A stretch of DNA of 64,000 nucleotides, taken from contig CAVPCR010000001.1 in the NCBI GenBank assembly GCA_963702435.1, positions 224,001-288,000 of the forward strand. Reading direction: 5' to 3'. This document shows, in pieces, positions 26,110 through 35,733 of this stretch (its first letter is position 1; the number at the start of each line of letters is the position of its first letter). The position numbers were made by a program, and so were the translations under genes. The DNA is from Candidatus Eiseniibacteriota bacterium (GTDB taxonomy: Bacteria > Eisenbacteria > RBG-16-71-46 > CAVPCR01). The notes beneath the pieces were generated by a model. It was not told where the DNA came from. It saw nothing but the letters and a program-made list of their open reading frames with translations, and made no database searches.

Positions 26110-27783
26110 CTACGACGAACCTCTCCGCTTCTTCTGCTTTGCCTGCTTCTGCATCACTTCATCGACCGCCTGGTAGCCCTGCCTGGCTTCCTGGGAGCTG
26201 GGATCGATGCTGATGGCCTTGCCGAAGAGCGACTTCGCCGTCTGGTAGTTCTCGCTCATGGCGTGACCCTGGGCCAGCCAGATGAGTCCCTGCACGTTAT
26301 CCGGCTCGAGCTGATTCGCCTTCGTCAAGAGTTCGATGGCCGGGCCGACGCGGCCCTGGCTCAGGTTCACGAAGCCGAGGCCCCGCCAGGCCTCGGCGTT
26401 CTGCGGGTCCATGTCGGCCACCTTCTGGTACTCGGCGGCGGCCCCATCCCACTTCGACTGCATGGCCAGGGCCTGGGCGAGCCAGATGTGGGAGCGGGCG
26501 TCGCCGGGGGTGAGCCGCGCGGCGGTCGCCAGCTCGGCAGCACCCTCCGCGGTGCGGCCGGTCTGCAGGTAACAGAGCCCGAGGTTGGTGAAGGCGGCCG
26601 TCGAGGTCGAGTCGATCGCGACACGACGCTGATAGTAGGGGATGGCCTCGGCGTATTCCTTGGCCAGGTAGTGCGTCTGCCCGGCGTAGAAGAGCGCATC
26701 GACGAGCGTCGAGTCACGCTCGAAGGCGCTCATGTAGGCCTGGCGCGCCGTGGCGTAGTCCTTCTGCTCGCGGAGCGCATCGGCGACCGAGAGCCAGTCC
26801 TTCCCCGTCAGGAGCGACTTGTCGATCGACTGGAAGATGGTGACGGCGCGGGCCCGATCCCCGCTCGTATAGACCGCGCGCGCGAGACCGAGCCGGGCCT
26901 GGGGGCTCTCGGGGGCGCTCGTCGTCGCCCGCCCGAAGAGCTCGGCCGCCTTATCGGCCTGCCCCGCCGCTTCCCAGGCGCTCCCCGCCGCAATCAGGTT
27001 GTCCGGCGTGGGCGCCACGTTGGCGAGCCGCTCGAGGACCTTGGCCGCATCGGCGGGCCGCTTGGCGCGAGCGTAGAGGCTCGCGATCTCCTTGTAGGCG
27101 TCCGCGGCGGTCGAGTCGACCCCGATCGCCTGGCCGAAAGCGTCGCGCGCCTCGTCGTACTGCTTCGAAGCGACGAGGAGCCGCCCCTTGCGAATGAGCG
27201 GGGTCGCATCGGTCGGCGTGAGCACGGCGCGATCGTTCAGTCGCTCGACGGCGATCAGGGGCAGGTCCTTGACGAGCGCGATCGAGACGAGGGTGTCGGC
27301 CATCTCGAGACGGGCCGCGTCCGGCGGCGCATCGCCGCGCGTCTGGTCGGCGCGGCTCGCCCCCTGGATGAGCAGCGACTCCGCTTCGTCGAGCTTGCCC
27401 TGCTCCTGCCTGGTGAGCCCCATGCCGAGGAGATAGATGGTCTCGTACTTCGGCTTGTCCTTGCACGACTTGAGGAACTTCTCCGCGTCCGCCGCCTGGT
27501 CCCTGGTCAGGGCGACGCGGGCGAGCCCGTAGTTGGCGAGACAGAGCCCCTCCTCGCGCGGCGCGGTCCCGGCCTGGAACTCCTTGGCCAGGGCGAGCGC
27601 CTTCTGGTACTGGGCGTCGGCCTGATCGACGGCACCCAGTGCGAAGAGTGAATCTCCGGCGCGCGCGTACGCGTAGGGTTCTTCACGGTCCTCGGCGCGG
27701 ACGACCGGCGCAGCGAGAGCGATCACCACGGCGAGGAGTCCACACAGACCGGCGCGAGGCGAGTGACAGAACGTGCTCTGCAT
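26110..27783 (-). CDS. Secreted/periplasmic tetratricopeptide repeat protein
   Basis: Signal peptide followed by many TPR-like repeats (e.g. AFTNLGLCYLQTG, AEAWRGLGFV). Confidence 0.88.
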   Translation of the reverse strand: MQSTFCHSPRAGLCGLLAVVIALAAPVVRAEDREEPYAYARAGDSLFALGAVDQADAQYQKALALAKEFQAGTAPREEGLCLANYGLARVALTRDQAADAEKFLKSCKDKPKYETIYLLGMGLTRQEQGKLDEAESLLIQGASRADQTRGDAPPDAARLEMADTLVSIALVKDLPLIAVERLNDRAVLTPTDATPLIRKGRLLVASKQYDEARDAFGQAIGVDSTAADAYKEIASLYARAKRPADAAKVLERLANVAPTPDNLIAAGSAWEAAGQADKAAELFGRATTSAPESPQARLGLARAVYTSGDRARAVTIFQSIDKSLLTGKDWLSVADALREQKDYATARQAYMSAFERDSTLVDALFYAGQTHYLAKEYAEAIPYYQRRVAIDSTSTAAFTNLGLCYLQTGRTAEGAAELATAARLTPGDARSHIWLAQALAMQSKWDGAAAEYQKVADMDPQNAEAWRGLGFVNLSQGRVGPAIELLTKANQLEPDNVQGLIWLAQGHAMSENYQTAKSLFGKAISIDPSSQEARQGYQAVDEVMQKQAKQKKRRGSS

Positions 27784-27822
27784 CTTGAAGCCTTCAGTCC
27801 ATCCAGAGGCCAGGGGGGCGAG

Positions 27823-28734
27823 CTAATCCTCGGTTCGGAAACGGACCGGAACGGTGGCCGGAACGAGCCCCTTCTCGGCCACGATCCGCTGGCCGCGGTT
27901 GCTCATCACGAAGCTGACGAACCCCGAAACCAGGTCATCCCGCGGGATGCCTCGCGTACCGAAATAGAAGGTACGGACCAGAGGGTACTCCTTCCGGAAT
28001 ACGGTCTCCATGTTCAGCACCCGGAGCGGTCCCCCCTCCGGCGGGGAGAGGGGCAATGCCTTCACACGATCATCGAACTCGGCCATCCCCGCGTACCCGA
28101 CCGCATCGGGATGCTGGGCCACCGAATCCACGATCGCCCTCGTCGTCGTCGCCCGCCCCGCGCCCTCGACGAAGGCCGCTCCGCCGAGCAGGACGTCCTT
28201 GACGAAGTCGGTGGCTCCATTATCAACACCGGTCGTGTACACGCGGATCCACCCCGGCGGGCCCCCAACCTGGGCCCAGTCCGTCGTTTGACCGGAGAAC
28301 AGGGCGCGCGCCTCGGAGAAGGAGAGGGCGTAGACCGGGTTCTCCCGGTTGACGATGATGGCGAGTCCGTCGTAGGCGAAGGGGTAGAGCGCGATGTCCA
28401 CCCCGACCTGGCGGCCGGCCTCTCGCTCGCTGGCAAGGGGCGCTCGCGACAGGACCGCGATGTCGGCCTGCTTGTTGATCAGGGCTTCGAGCCCGACCAC
28501 GGTGCCTCCGCCCTCGACCGTGACCAGAGCCCGCTTGTAGTACGCAACGAACGTGTCGGCCGCGGCCCGCACGAGCGGCAGGGCGGCCTCCGATCCCACG
28601 ACCCGGAGTTTCCCCTCGGTGACTCCGCGATGCGTGGCGTCGCAGCCGGCCAAGACGAAACCCGCGGCCAGCATGAGGATCGCCGCCCCACCCCGGCGCC
28701 ACCGCCACCCAGCCCCGTGCCTGCCCAGTTTCAC
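27823..28734 (-). CDS. PstS-like (PBP_like_2) substrate-binding lipoprotein
   Basis: Lipobox LAGC, ADIAVLSR, AYDGLAIIVNRENPV and YPLVRTFY motifs. Start uncertain (28734 or 28779). Confidence 0.82.
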   Translation of the reverse strand: MKLGRHGAGWRWRRGGAAILMLAAGFVLAGCDATHRGVTEGKLRVVGSEAALPLVRAAADTFVAYYKRALVTVEGGGTVVGLEALINKQADIAVLSRAPLASEREAGRQVGVDIALYPFAYDGLAIIVNRENPVYALSFSEARALFSGQTTDWAQVGGPPGWIRVYTTGVDNGATDFVKDVLLGGAAFVEGAGRATTTRAIVDSVAQHPDAVGYAGMAEFDDRVKALPLSPPEGGPLRVLNMETVFRKEYPLVRTFYFGTRGIPRDDLVSGFVSFVMSNRGQRIVAEKGLVPATVPVRFRTED

Positions 28735-29060
28735 AGCTAACTTAAATCGCACTTGTGAGATGGAAGGGCGATCCCGCATCCGGCTCGACCGCTCCGATGC
28801 CGCCCGCGCCAGAGGATGGACGTCCTTCCGGGAAGAAGGCCCGTGGCTGGATGCGCTGACGGCGCCACGTGCCCGAACCCGACCGCGACCCGACCTGGAG
28901 GTTCAGGCCTCCCGCGCGACCGGACACCTGGAGGAATGGCGCGGGAAGGCTACAGGCCGCGGGCTGCAGGTGTCAACCGCCGAATCCGCCGTACCGACCG
29001 GCCGATGATCGGCTGGCGGCTCCGCTCGGGGGCCGATCCTCCCCGGGGCCGCGCCTCAAG

Positions 29061-30467
29061 TCATGGCGCGACGACGACCCGCCCCCCGCCGGCCACGCCC
29101 GGGGCCGAGAGCCGGTAGTAGTAGACCCCGCTCGCCACTCGGCGACGGGCCTCGTCGCGGCCGTCCCAGGCGATCTCCTGCGGGCCGCCCGGCAGCGGCC
29201 GGTCCGCGAGCACCCGGACGAGCCGTCCGCCCGCGTCGTACACCCGGAGGTCCACCGTCCCCGCGGCGCCGGTCCGGAAGCGGATCCTCGTCGCCGCCCG
29301 GAACGGATTGGGGGCGCTCTCGACGGCGGCCGCCGCCGCTTCGGCAACCAGCCCGGGATCGGCCACCGCCACCGGCGGCGCCACGTAGCGGAGGATGTAG
29401 GTCCCGGTCTCGCGATCGCTGATGTACACGATCGTCGAGTCGGCCGCGAAGCAGTAGCAACCCCAGGCGCCGTGCGTCGAGCCGTCGTCCGAAGGAGTCG
29501 TGTCGTACCAGCCGACCGGGCGCAGATCGTACGGATCCGATGCGTCCACGACGCGGAGGCCGTCCTGATAGTGCGCGATGTAGCAGGTGGTCCCGCGCAG
29601 GTAGGCGTTGTGGACGAGCGCCCCGGTCGGCGAGATCCACTCGTCGGTCTGCGCGATCTGGTTCAGGTTCCGCACATCCCACATGCGCAGGTGGCCGCCG
29701 ACGTTCTCGTCGGTGGTCACCACGAAGGCGCCGTCCGTGCTCGGCCACGTGTTGTGCGTGAACGCGCCCGGGTAGGTCCACGACCCGAGAACCGGCGGCG
29801 TCCCGGGGAGCGTGACATCGAGCACGACCACCTCGCCGGCGTAGATCGCCGCGCAATAGGCCTTGCCCTGGAAGACCGAGAGATCGTGCACGTAGTTCTG
29901 CACGCTGGCGCCCGACTCGGGCCAGCTCCCGATGTGCGTCGGGGCGAGCGGGTCGGCGGTCAGGTCGAGAATGACGAGCCCCGTGTAGGTCGAGCCGTTG
30001 CGGGTGCCGGCCACGTAGCAGCGCCCGGTCGCCGGATCGATCTTGATCTCATGCGCGCGGGTGAAAGGCACGTCCGGCGGATTCAGGGTGACGGCGAGCG
30101 TCGGCGCCAGCGGATTCGAGAGGTCCACCACCTGGAGCGCGGCGCCTTCGTTTTCGGTCACGATGTAGCAGTAGTGCCCGTAGGTGGACATCTCGCGCCA
30201 GATGGAGACCGGGCCGGGAATGAAGGCCACCTCGACCGCCGCGGTCGGCACGGTGGCGTCGATGAACGTGGTACCGCTCATCGTGCCCGAGATGGCGAGC
30301 TCGGTGCCGCCGGGCGCCGTGTAGCCCCAGTTCCCCGAGTAGCCCTCGCCGCGGTTCAAGTGGCGGAGGAGGACAACGTTCTCCGGAGGGTGCTGCTGGC
30401 CGGCCGCCGGGACGGCGGCGGCACACATGGCCAGCGCGAGGAGCAACGCACAAGAGCGCGTGGTCAT
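29061..30467 (-). CDS. Secreted choice-of-anchor B family protein with FlgD-type C-terminal domain
   Basis: Paralogue of 20370-22799 (PPENV..L..L.RGE.YSGNWGYTAP.GTELAISGT); PNPF...WDGRD...SGVYYYR. Confidence 0.85.
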   Translation of the reverse strand: MTTRSCALLLALAMCAAAVPAAGQQHPPENVVLLRHLNRGEGYSGNWGYTAPGGTELAISGTMSGTTFIDATVPTAAVEVAFIPGPVSIWREMSTYGHYCYIVTENEGAALQVVDLSNPLAPTLAVTLNPPDVPFTRAHEIKIDPATGRCYVAGTRNGSTYTGLVILDLTADPLAPTHIGSWPESGASVQNYVHDLSVFQGKAYCAAIYAGEVVVLDVTLPGTPPVLGSWTYPGAFTHNTWPSTDGAFVVTTDENVGGHLRMWDVRNLNQIAQTDEWISPTGALVHNAYLRGTTCYIAHYQDGLRVVDASDPYDLRPVGWYDTTPSDDGSTHGAWGCYCFAADSTIVYISDRETGTYILRYVAPPVAVADPGLVAEAAAAAVESAPNPFRAATRIRFRTGAAGTVDLRVYDAGGRLVRVLADRPLPGGPQEIAWDGRDEARRRVASGVYYYRLSAPGVAGGGRVVVAP

Positions 30468-30583
30468 CGGGTCCTGCCTTTTGCCTGCGGCGCGGAGGGG
30501 GGGGTGCGGAGGAAGCAACGGGCTCGCTCCGGAACTGCGATCGAAACAAGTATAGCGGAGCGAGCGGCCCGCGGGTGCCCCCG

Positions 30584-32518
30584 TCAGCAAGAACCGGCGC
30601 CGAGGCGGGTGAGGATCTCCCGGCAGAGATCGGTGAGCGAGGGATCGCGCGCCCCCATGACGAGAACGAGATCGCCGGGCAGGGCCGCCGCCGCGATCTC
30701 GGCGACGAGCGCCGCGCGGTCGGGGACAGCCGCGGCGTCCTTCCCGCGAGCACGGATCTCGGCGGCGAGGTCAGCCGACGCGATGTCCCTGGTCGCGGTC
30801 CCGCCCGCATAGAAGATGTCGAGGAGCCACAGCCGATCGGCGGCCTCCAGGCCCTCGGCGAACGCCGCCACGAGATCGTGGCGCAGGAAGCGGGTCGGGC
30901 CGAAGCCGTGCGGCTGGTAGACGGCGAGGACGCGGCGCGGCGCGGCGAGATGCGCGGTCGCGAGCGCCGCCCGGAGCTTGGCCGGGTTGTGCGCGAAGTC
31001 GTCGACCACCGTGACGCCGCCTGCGGTCCCGAGCACCTCGAAGCGGCGGCCGACGCCGCGGAAGGCGGCGAGCGGAGCGGCCAGGGATGCGAGGTCGAGC
31101 CCGGCCGCGCGACAGGCGGCGAGCGCCGCGAGCGCGTTCTCGACGTTGTGCCGGCCCGGCACCGGCACGTGGAAGCGGATGTCATCGAGCGTGAATTCGC
31201 TGCCGTCCGCGGCCAGCGTCACGTCGTCCGCGCGCACCCGGGCGGCGGGACCGCATCCGAACACGAGCGCGCCCGCCCGGAGCGGCTCGAGGTTCTCCCC
31301 TTCCCCGAGGACGAAGGCCTCGCGGGTGCGCGCGCGGAAGGTCTCGAACATCGCACGCACCTCGCTCTCCTCCTTGTGGTCCTTCTGCAGATTGAGGAGG
31401 ACGCCGATCGCGGGCTCGTAGCGGACGAGCGAGCCGTCGCTCTCGTCGGCCTCGACCACGAACCACTCGGAGCGGCCGGCCCAGGCGTTCCCGAGGTAGC
31501 CCTCGGCGGCGAGCGCGCGCACGTCGCCGCCGGTCACCAGCGAGGGATCGCGCCCGGCGGCGCGCAGCAGCTCGAAGATCATGGCGACCACGGTCGACTT
31601 GCCGCTGGTGCCGGCGACCGCGATCGTGCGGCGCGCGGCGACGAGCGCGGCGAGGAGCTCCGAGCGGTGGAAGATGGGGACGCCCCGCGCGCGCGCCGCG
31701 CGGACATCGGGCACCGTGTCCTCGACGGCGGTCGAGACGATGAGGGCGTCGGTCGCGGCGGTGACGCCCGTCCCGTCCTGCGGCTCGAGCGCGACTCCGG
31801 CGCGCTCGAGCGCCGCGCGGATCCCCGGCGCGCCGCCGCGGTCGAAGGTGCGATCGCTGCCCGTCGCCCGCCCGCCGGAGAGCGCCTGGAACTGGGCGAG
31901 CGCGCTCATCCCGCTCCCGGCGACCCCCGCGTAGTGGAACCGGCTCCGCTCCGGAGGCGGCAAGGCGGGCGGGCCGTCGAGGATCACCACCGGATCGCCG
32001 GCCGCGACGCGATCGAAGAGCGCGACCACGTCGCCGTTCGAGAGGCGGATGCACCCGTGCGAGTGCGGGCGGCCGAGCGCTCCCTCGTGGTTGGTGCCGT
32101 GGATGTAGATGTAGCGCTCGAGCGAATCGCAGCCGGGACCGCGATTGACGCCCGCCTCGCGCCCGTCGAGGGTGAGGATGCGGGTGAGGATGAGGTCGGC
32201 CTCGCCCGCCTCGCCGCGCCACACGGCGCCCGTTGGCTCCCGGCTCTCGAACACGGCGCCGAGCGGGGCGCCGTCCCCGATGCGGGCGGCGATCACGTGC
32301 ACGCCGGCCGGCGTGCGGAAGGAGCCCGCGGCGCCGCCGAGCCCCGCCGCGGCGGTGGACACCGGGAAGGTCGTGATCGCGCGGCCGCCGGCTACGAGAT
32401 GGAGCTGCTGCGCCGAGACGTCCACGACGAGGAAGCGCGGCGCGGCGCCGCCGATCACCTCGGAGACGCGCGCCTCGGCCCGGACGAGAAGGCGCTCGAT
32501 GCGGGGATCATCCGCCAT
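30584..32518 (-). CDS. Fusion of a YkuD L,D-peptidase (ElsL-like) and a MurC/Mpl-type Mur ligase
   Basis: N-terminal ILTRIL...YIYIHGT...SHGCIRL; C-terminal GVAGSGMSALA, AGTSGKST, VEADESDGS and DDFAHNP. One uninterrupted frame, no signal peptide. Confidence 0.88.
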   Translation of the reverse strand: MADDPRIERLLVRAEARVSEVIGGAAPRFLVVDVSAQQLHLVAGGRAITTFPVSTAAAGLGGAAGSFRTPAGVHVIAARIGDGAPLGAVFESREPTGAVWRGEAGEADLILTRILTLDGREAGVNRGPGCDSLERYIYIHGTNHEGALGRPHSHGCIRLSNGDVVALFDRVAAGDPVVILDGPPALPPPERSRFHYAGVAGSGMSALAQFQALSGGRATGSDRTFDRGGAPGIRAALERAGVALEPQDGTGVTAATDALIVSTAVEDTVPDVRAARARGVPIFHRSELLAALVAARRTIAVAGTSGKSTVVAMIFELLRAAGRDPSLVTGGDVRALAAEGYLGNAWAGRSEWFVVEADESDGSLVRYEPAIGVLLNLQKDHKEESEVRAMFETFRARTREAFVLGEGENLEPLRAGALVFGCGPAARVRADDVTLAADGSEFTLDDIRFHVPVPGRHNVENALAALAACRAAGLDLASLAAPLAAFRGVGRRFEVLGTAGGVTVVDDFAHNPAKLRAALATAHLAAPRRVLAVYQPHGFGPTRFLRHDLVAAFAEGLEAADRLWLLDIFYAGGTATRDIASADLAAEIRARGKDAAAVPDRAALVAEIAAAALPGDLVLVMGARDPSLTDLCREILTRLGAGSC

Positions 32519-32624
32519 GGCGCGCGACTATAGCATCGCCGGCGGGCGGGCCAGCATCGCCGGCACCGCCGCCGGGCAGGGCGGCCTGGCGTGGTATCCT
32601 CGCGCCTCGCGGAGGGATCGCCAC

Positions 32625-33086
32625 ATGAGCGAGATCTATGAGCACACTCAGGTCGGCGCCGTGATGCTCGTCGCGCTCGCCGTCGCCGGCGCCGGCCTCC
32701 TCTGGGCCGGCATCCAGGAAGGATGGCCTGCCGGCCTGGCCGGCGCTCTCTTCGTGATCGCCGCCTGCCTCGTGCTCTTCACGACGCTCACGGTGCGCAT
32801 CGGCGACGGCGTCCTCGCCGTGCGCTTTGGCCCCGGCTTCCCGCGCCGCACGATCCGCCTCGCCGACATCGCGAGCGCCCGCGCCGTCAGGAACCACTGG
32901 TCAAGCGGCTACGGCATCCACCGGGTCGGTACAGGCTGGCTCTACAACGTATCGGGTCGGGACGCGGTCGAGGTGGAGATGCGCGGCGGCCGCTCGATCC
33001 GCATCGGGACGGACGAGCCGGAGGAGCTTCTGCGCGCCCTCGCGCAGGCGGGAGTCAGTCTTCCGCCCGCGCCAGGAGGACGGTGA
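32625..33086 (+). CDS. Hypothetical membrane protein (bacterial PH-like)
   Basis: GGAGG SD, MSEIYEHTQVG start, two TMs, GYGIH...WLYNVSG...IRIGTDEP. Confidence 0.75.
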   Translation: MSEIYEHTQVGAVMLVALAVAGAGLLWAGIQEGWPAGLAGALFVIAACLVLFTTLTVRIGDGVLAVRFGPGFPRRTIRLADIASARAVRNHWSSGYGIHRVGTGWLYNVSGRDAVEVEMRGGRSIRIGTDEPEELLRALAQAGVSLPPAPGGR

Positions 33087-33807
33087 TGTTGTCGAGCCCG
33101 CCGGCGGCGATCGCGAGCGCGATGAGCTCGGCGCCGGCCTGATCCAGATCGCCCGCGGCTGCGATGACGCGCTCCATCTCCTCGTTGCGCACGAGCCCGT
33201 GCAGTCCGTCCGAGGAGAGGACGAGCACGTCCCCCGGCGCGAAGGTCCAGTTGATGCGTCCGGCATCCACCTCCACGTCCGGGGAGAGGCCGACGCTCCG
33301 GGTGAGGAGATTGCGGCGCGGATCGACGCGCGCCTCCTCGAGGGTGAGCTCGCCCTCGGCCACCAGATGGGCGACGAGCGAATGGTCCTCGGTGACCTGG
33401 GTCAGGTGCCGGCCGCGGAGCGCATAGACGCGCGTGTCGCCGACATGCGCGAGGAAGACGTCGGCGCCGCGGATGACCGCCGCGGTGAGCGTGGTCGCCA
33501 TCCCCATCGCTTCCCGGGCGCGCACGTTCTCGGCGTAGAGGACCGCGTTGGCGGCGACGACCGCCGCCCTCAGGTCGGCGAGCACGTTCGCGCCCGGAGC
33601 CCCCTGGAAAGCCTGGAGCGTGGTCTCGACGGCGAGGCGGCTCGCGACATCGCCGGCCCGCGCGCCGCCCATGCCGTCCGCGATGACGAGGAGCACGCCG
33701 CGTGCGGCCAGCACTCCCGGATCCTCCGCGCTCCACACCCCGTGGCTGTCCTCGTTGCGCGCGCGCTTCAGCCCGCGGTCGGTCGCCGCGCTGACGACGA
33801 GCTTCAT
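33055..33807 (-). CDS. PP2C-type Ser/Thr phosphatase (Stp1/PrpC family)
   Basis: RARNED, IADGMGG, MATT, AHVGDTR, SSDGL and GGLDNIT motifs. Confidence 0.92.
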   Translation of the reverse strand: MKLVVSAATDRGLKRARNEDSHGVWSAEDPGVLAARGVLLVIADGMGGARAGDVASRLAVETTLQAFQGAPGANVLADLRAAVVAANAVLYAENVRAREAMGMATTLTAAVIRGADVFLAHVGDTRVYALRGRHLTQVTEDHSLVAHLVAEGELTLEEARVDPRRNLLTRSVGLSPDVEVDAGRINWTFAPGDVLVLSSDGLHGLVRNEEMERVIAAAGDLDQAGAELIALAIAAGGLDNITVLLARAED

Positions 33808-33838
33808 GCCGGCAGGGCTCCCGGGAGATGGGCGAGCG

Positions 33839-33889
33839 GAAAAGGCGGAAGCCCCCGCGCCGCGCTAGGCGGCAAGCGAGGGCTTCCGC
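33839..33889 (-). terminator. Putative intrinsic terminator after tRNA-Glu
   Basis: GCGGAAGCCC...GGGCTTCCGC stem followed by CTTTT on the minus strand. Confidence 0.45.
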
Positions 33890-33894
33890 GAGAG

Positions 33895-33969
33895 TGGTAG
33901 CGCTACGGGGATTCGAACCCCGGTTTGATGGCTGAGAACCATCCGTCCTAACCCCTAGACGATAGCGCC
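33895..33969 (-). tRNA. tRNA-Glu(CTC)
   Basis: GGCGCTA acceptor stem, GATGG-TT CTC AG-CCATC anticodon arm, GTTCGAAT T-loop, encoded CCA. Confidence 0.95.
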
Positions 33970-34044
33970 ACGCGGTCGGGGACCGTCGATCTCGGGCGCC
34001 GCCGGCCCGGGCGCAGCGAGCGCTCGCTGCCAGCGGCGACAAGG

Positions 34045-34118
34045 TGGCTGGGGAGCGAGGATTCGAACCCCGGTACCGTGGTCCAGAGCCACGTGTCCTA
34101 CCCCTGGACGACTCCCCA
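34045..34118 (-). tRNA. tRNA-Gln(CTG)
   Basis: TGGGGAG acceptor stem, CGTGG-CT CTG GA-CCACG anticodon arm, GTTCGAAT T-loop, encoded CCA. Confidence 0.95.
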
Positions 34119-34317
34119 ACGCGATATCTGCGTCATGACCGGCCACGCGCCGGGGCGCCTTCCATCCACGGCACCCCTCAGGCGAACAAGCATGCTAGCA
34201 GACCGCCCCGGGCCCCGGCAACTGCCCAGTCCCGACGCCGTAATCAACTGCCAAAATGCCACTTACGATCAGCCGGGCGACTCCCCGGCGGCGGCCGCCG
34301 GCACCGGCCGGCCCGCG

Positions 34318-35400
34318 TCAAGCGGGGCCCCGCCGCGCCCCGGCGATCGCCGTCCGGACTGCGCGCGCGACCCGCCGGTGCCCCTCCGGCGTCCAGTGCA
34401 CGTCCTGCCCGAGGAAGAGCGCGCCGGGATCGGGGCCGCGGAACACCGCCGCGCCGTCCACGCACGGCACGCGATGCCGTTCGACCACTCCGTGAATAAC
34501 TGCGTTTGGACGCAGTCCATAGCGGGTGTGCGCGAGCCAGCTCATGACGCCGCCGCCGGTCCCGAGCACCTGGTAGCGCGAGGCGTTGACGACGACCACG
34601 ACGTCGAGGTCGAGCGCCGCCGCGCGCGCGAGGAGGTCCTCCCACAGGCGCTCGCTCCGCGCGAGGTTCCGCCCGCGCCGCGCCTCGAGCCAGAGCCGGA
34701 GCGGCATGGCCCGGTCCCAGGCGAGCTTGAAGAGCCGGCTGTGTGCGGTGAGGAAGCGCTCCACGGGCGTGAACCGGGTGCCGCGCGCCTGGTACTCGCC
34801 GAGGCGGTCGGGCACGTAGGGCGCGGCCCGCCAGTCGTCGACGACATCGTTGGCGGCGCTGAACTCGACGACGATCCCGTCGAGCCCATAGGGCGCCAGG
34901 CGCTCGAGGGCCCGGAGGCGCTGGTAGGTGCCGAACCCGGGGAGCGCCCCGTTCACCACCTCGTAACGCACCGCGCTGTCGAGCGGGGAGGCGTTCAGGA
35001 GGCGGGCGAGATCGGCCGCATAGGTCGAGTCCTCCTCGACGCCCCAGCCGAAGGCGTACGAATCGCCGAGCACCGCCCAGCGCTCGACCCCGGCCGGCCG
35101 CGGCGCGATCTCCGGCCCGCGGAAGCCGAGGCGATTCGAGCGCACGGTGGTGTCGAAGCCGCCGCGGCGGAAGCGCTGCACGCTCTCCGGACGGAGTGTC
35201 CAGCCGAGCGAGTCCGAGGGCACGTAGACCGGGGTGAGATCGCCGCCGGCGACCGGAGCGGCGGCCGGCCGCCGCCCCTCCATCCGGCGCACGGCGAGCT
35301 CGAGCGCGCCGAGGGTCACGAGCGTCGAGACGAGGACGAGCGCGAGATTGAGGAGAAAGCGCGCGATCGCCGGGCGCTTCCTCTCTCGGCCGGGGGCCAT
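34318..35400 (-). CDS. SGNH/GDSL hydrolase family protein (SxtL-like position)
   Basis: N-terminal TM, LGDSYAFG, NGALPG, AND and DVHW (DxH) motifs. Confidence 0.85.
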   Translation of the reverse strand: MAPGRERKRPAIARFLLNLALVLVSTLVTLGALELAVRRMEGRRPAAAPVAGGDLTPVYVPSDSLGWTLRPESVQRFRRGGFDTTVRSNRLGFRGPEIAPRPAGVERWAVLGDSYAFGWGVEEDSTYAADLARLLNASPLDSAVRYEVVNGALPGFGTYQRLRALERLAPYGLDGIVVEFSAANDVVDDWRAAPYVPDRLGEYQARGTRFTPVERFLTAHSRLFKLAWDRAMPLRLWLEARRGRNLARSERLWEDLLARAAALDLDVVVVVNASRYQVLGTGGGVMSWLAHTRYGLRPNAVIHGVVERHRVPCVDGAAVFRGPDPGALFLGQDVHWTPEGHRRVARAVRTAIAGARRGPA

Positions 35401-35440
35401 CGGTGGTTCTGGCGATCGCGGGCGCGGGACGAGGGCGCGC

Positions 35441-35686
35441 CTAGAAGAGGGTGTAGATGAACTGGGCGACGGCGGCGTTCTGCACGAACGCGATCAGGAG
35501 CCCGAAGATGAGCATGATGGCGAAGACCGGGGCGAGCCAGTAGCGCTTGCGCATGCGCATGAAGCCCCAGAGCTCCTTCACGAGGAAGCCGAGCCCGCGG
35601 AAGAAGTGAGCGATGGCGGCGAGGAGGCCGGCGAAGAACCCGCCGGCGCCGCCGCGCCGCGCCTTGGCTTTGCTGTTCATGGGCAT
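35441..35686 (-). CDS. DUF5989/SxtK-like small membrane protein
   Basis: ELWGFMRMRKRYWLAP...AQFIYTLF C-terminus. Confidence 0.85.
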   Translation of the reverse strand: MPMNSKAKARRGGAGGFFAGLLAAIAHFFRGLGFLVKELWGFMRMRKRYWLAPVFAIMLIFGLLIAFVQNAAVAQFIYTLF

Positions 35687-35733
35687 GGTGTTCTAGTCTA
35701 CCACCTCGCTGCGAGGGCGGGTCGGCCCGGCCG

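Noticed and set aside
27823..28734. pst phosphate ABC transporter operon
   Set aside because: No pstC, pstA, pstB or phoU nearby.
33895..34118. tRNA-anchored genomic island or prophage
   Set aside because: No integrase and no duplicated tRNA 3' end noticed.
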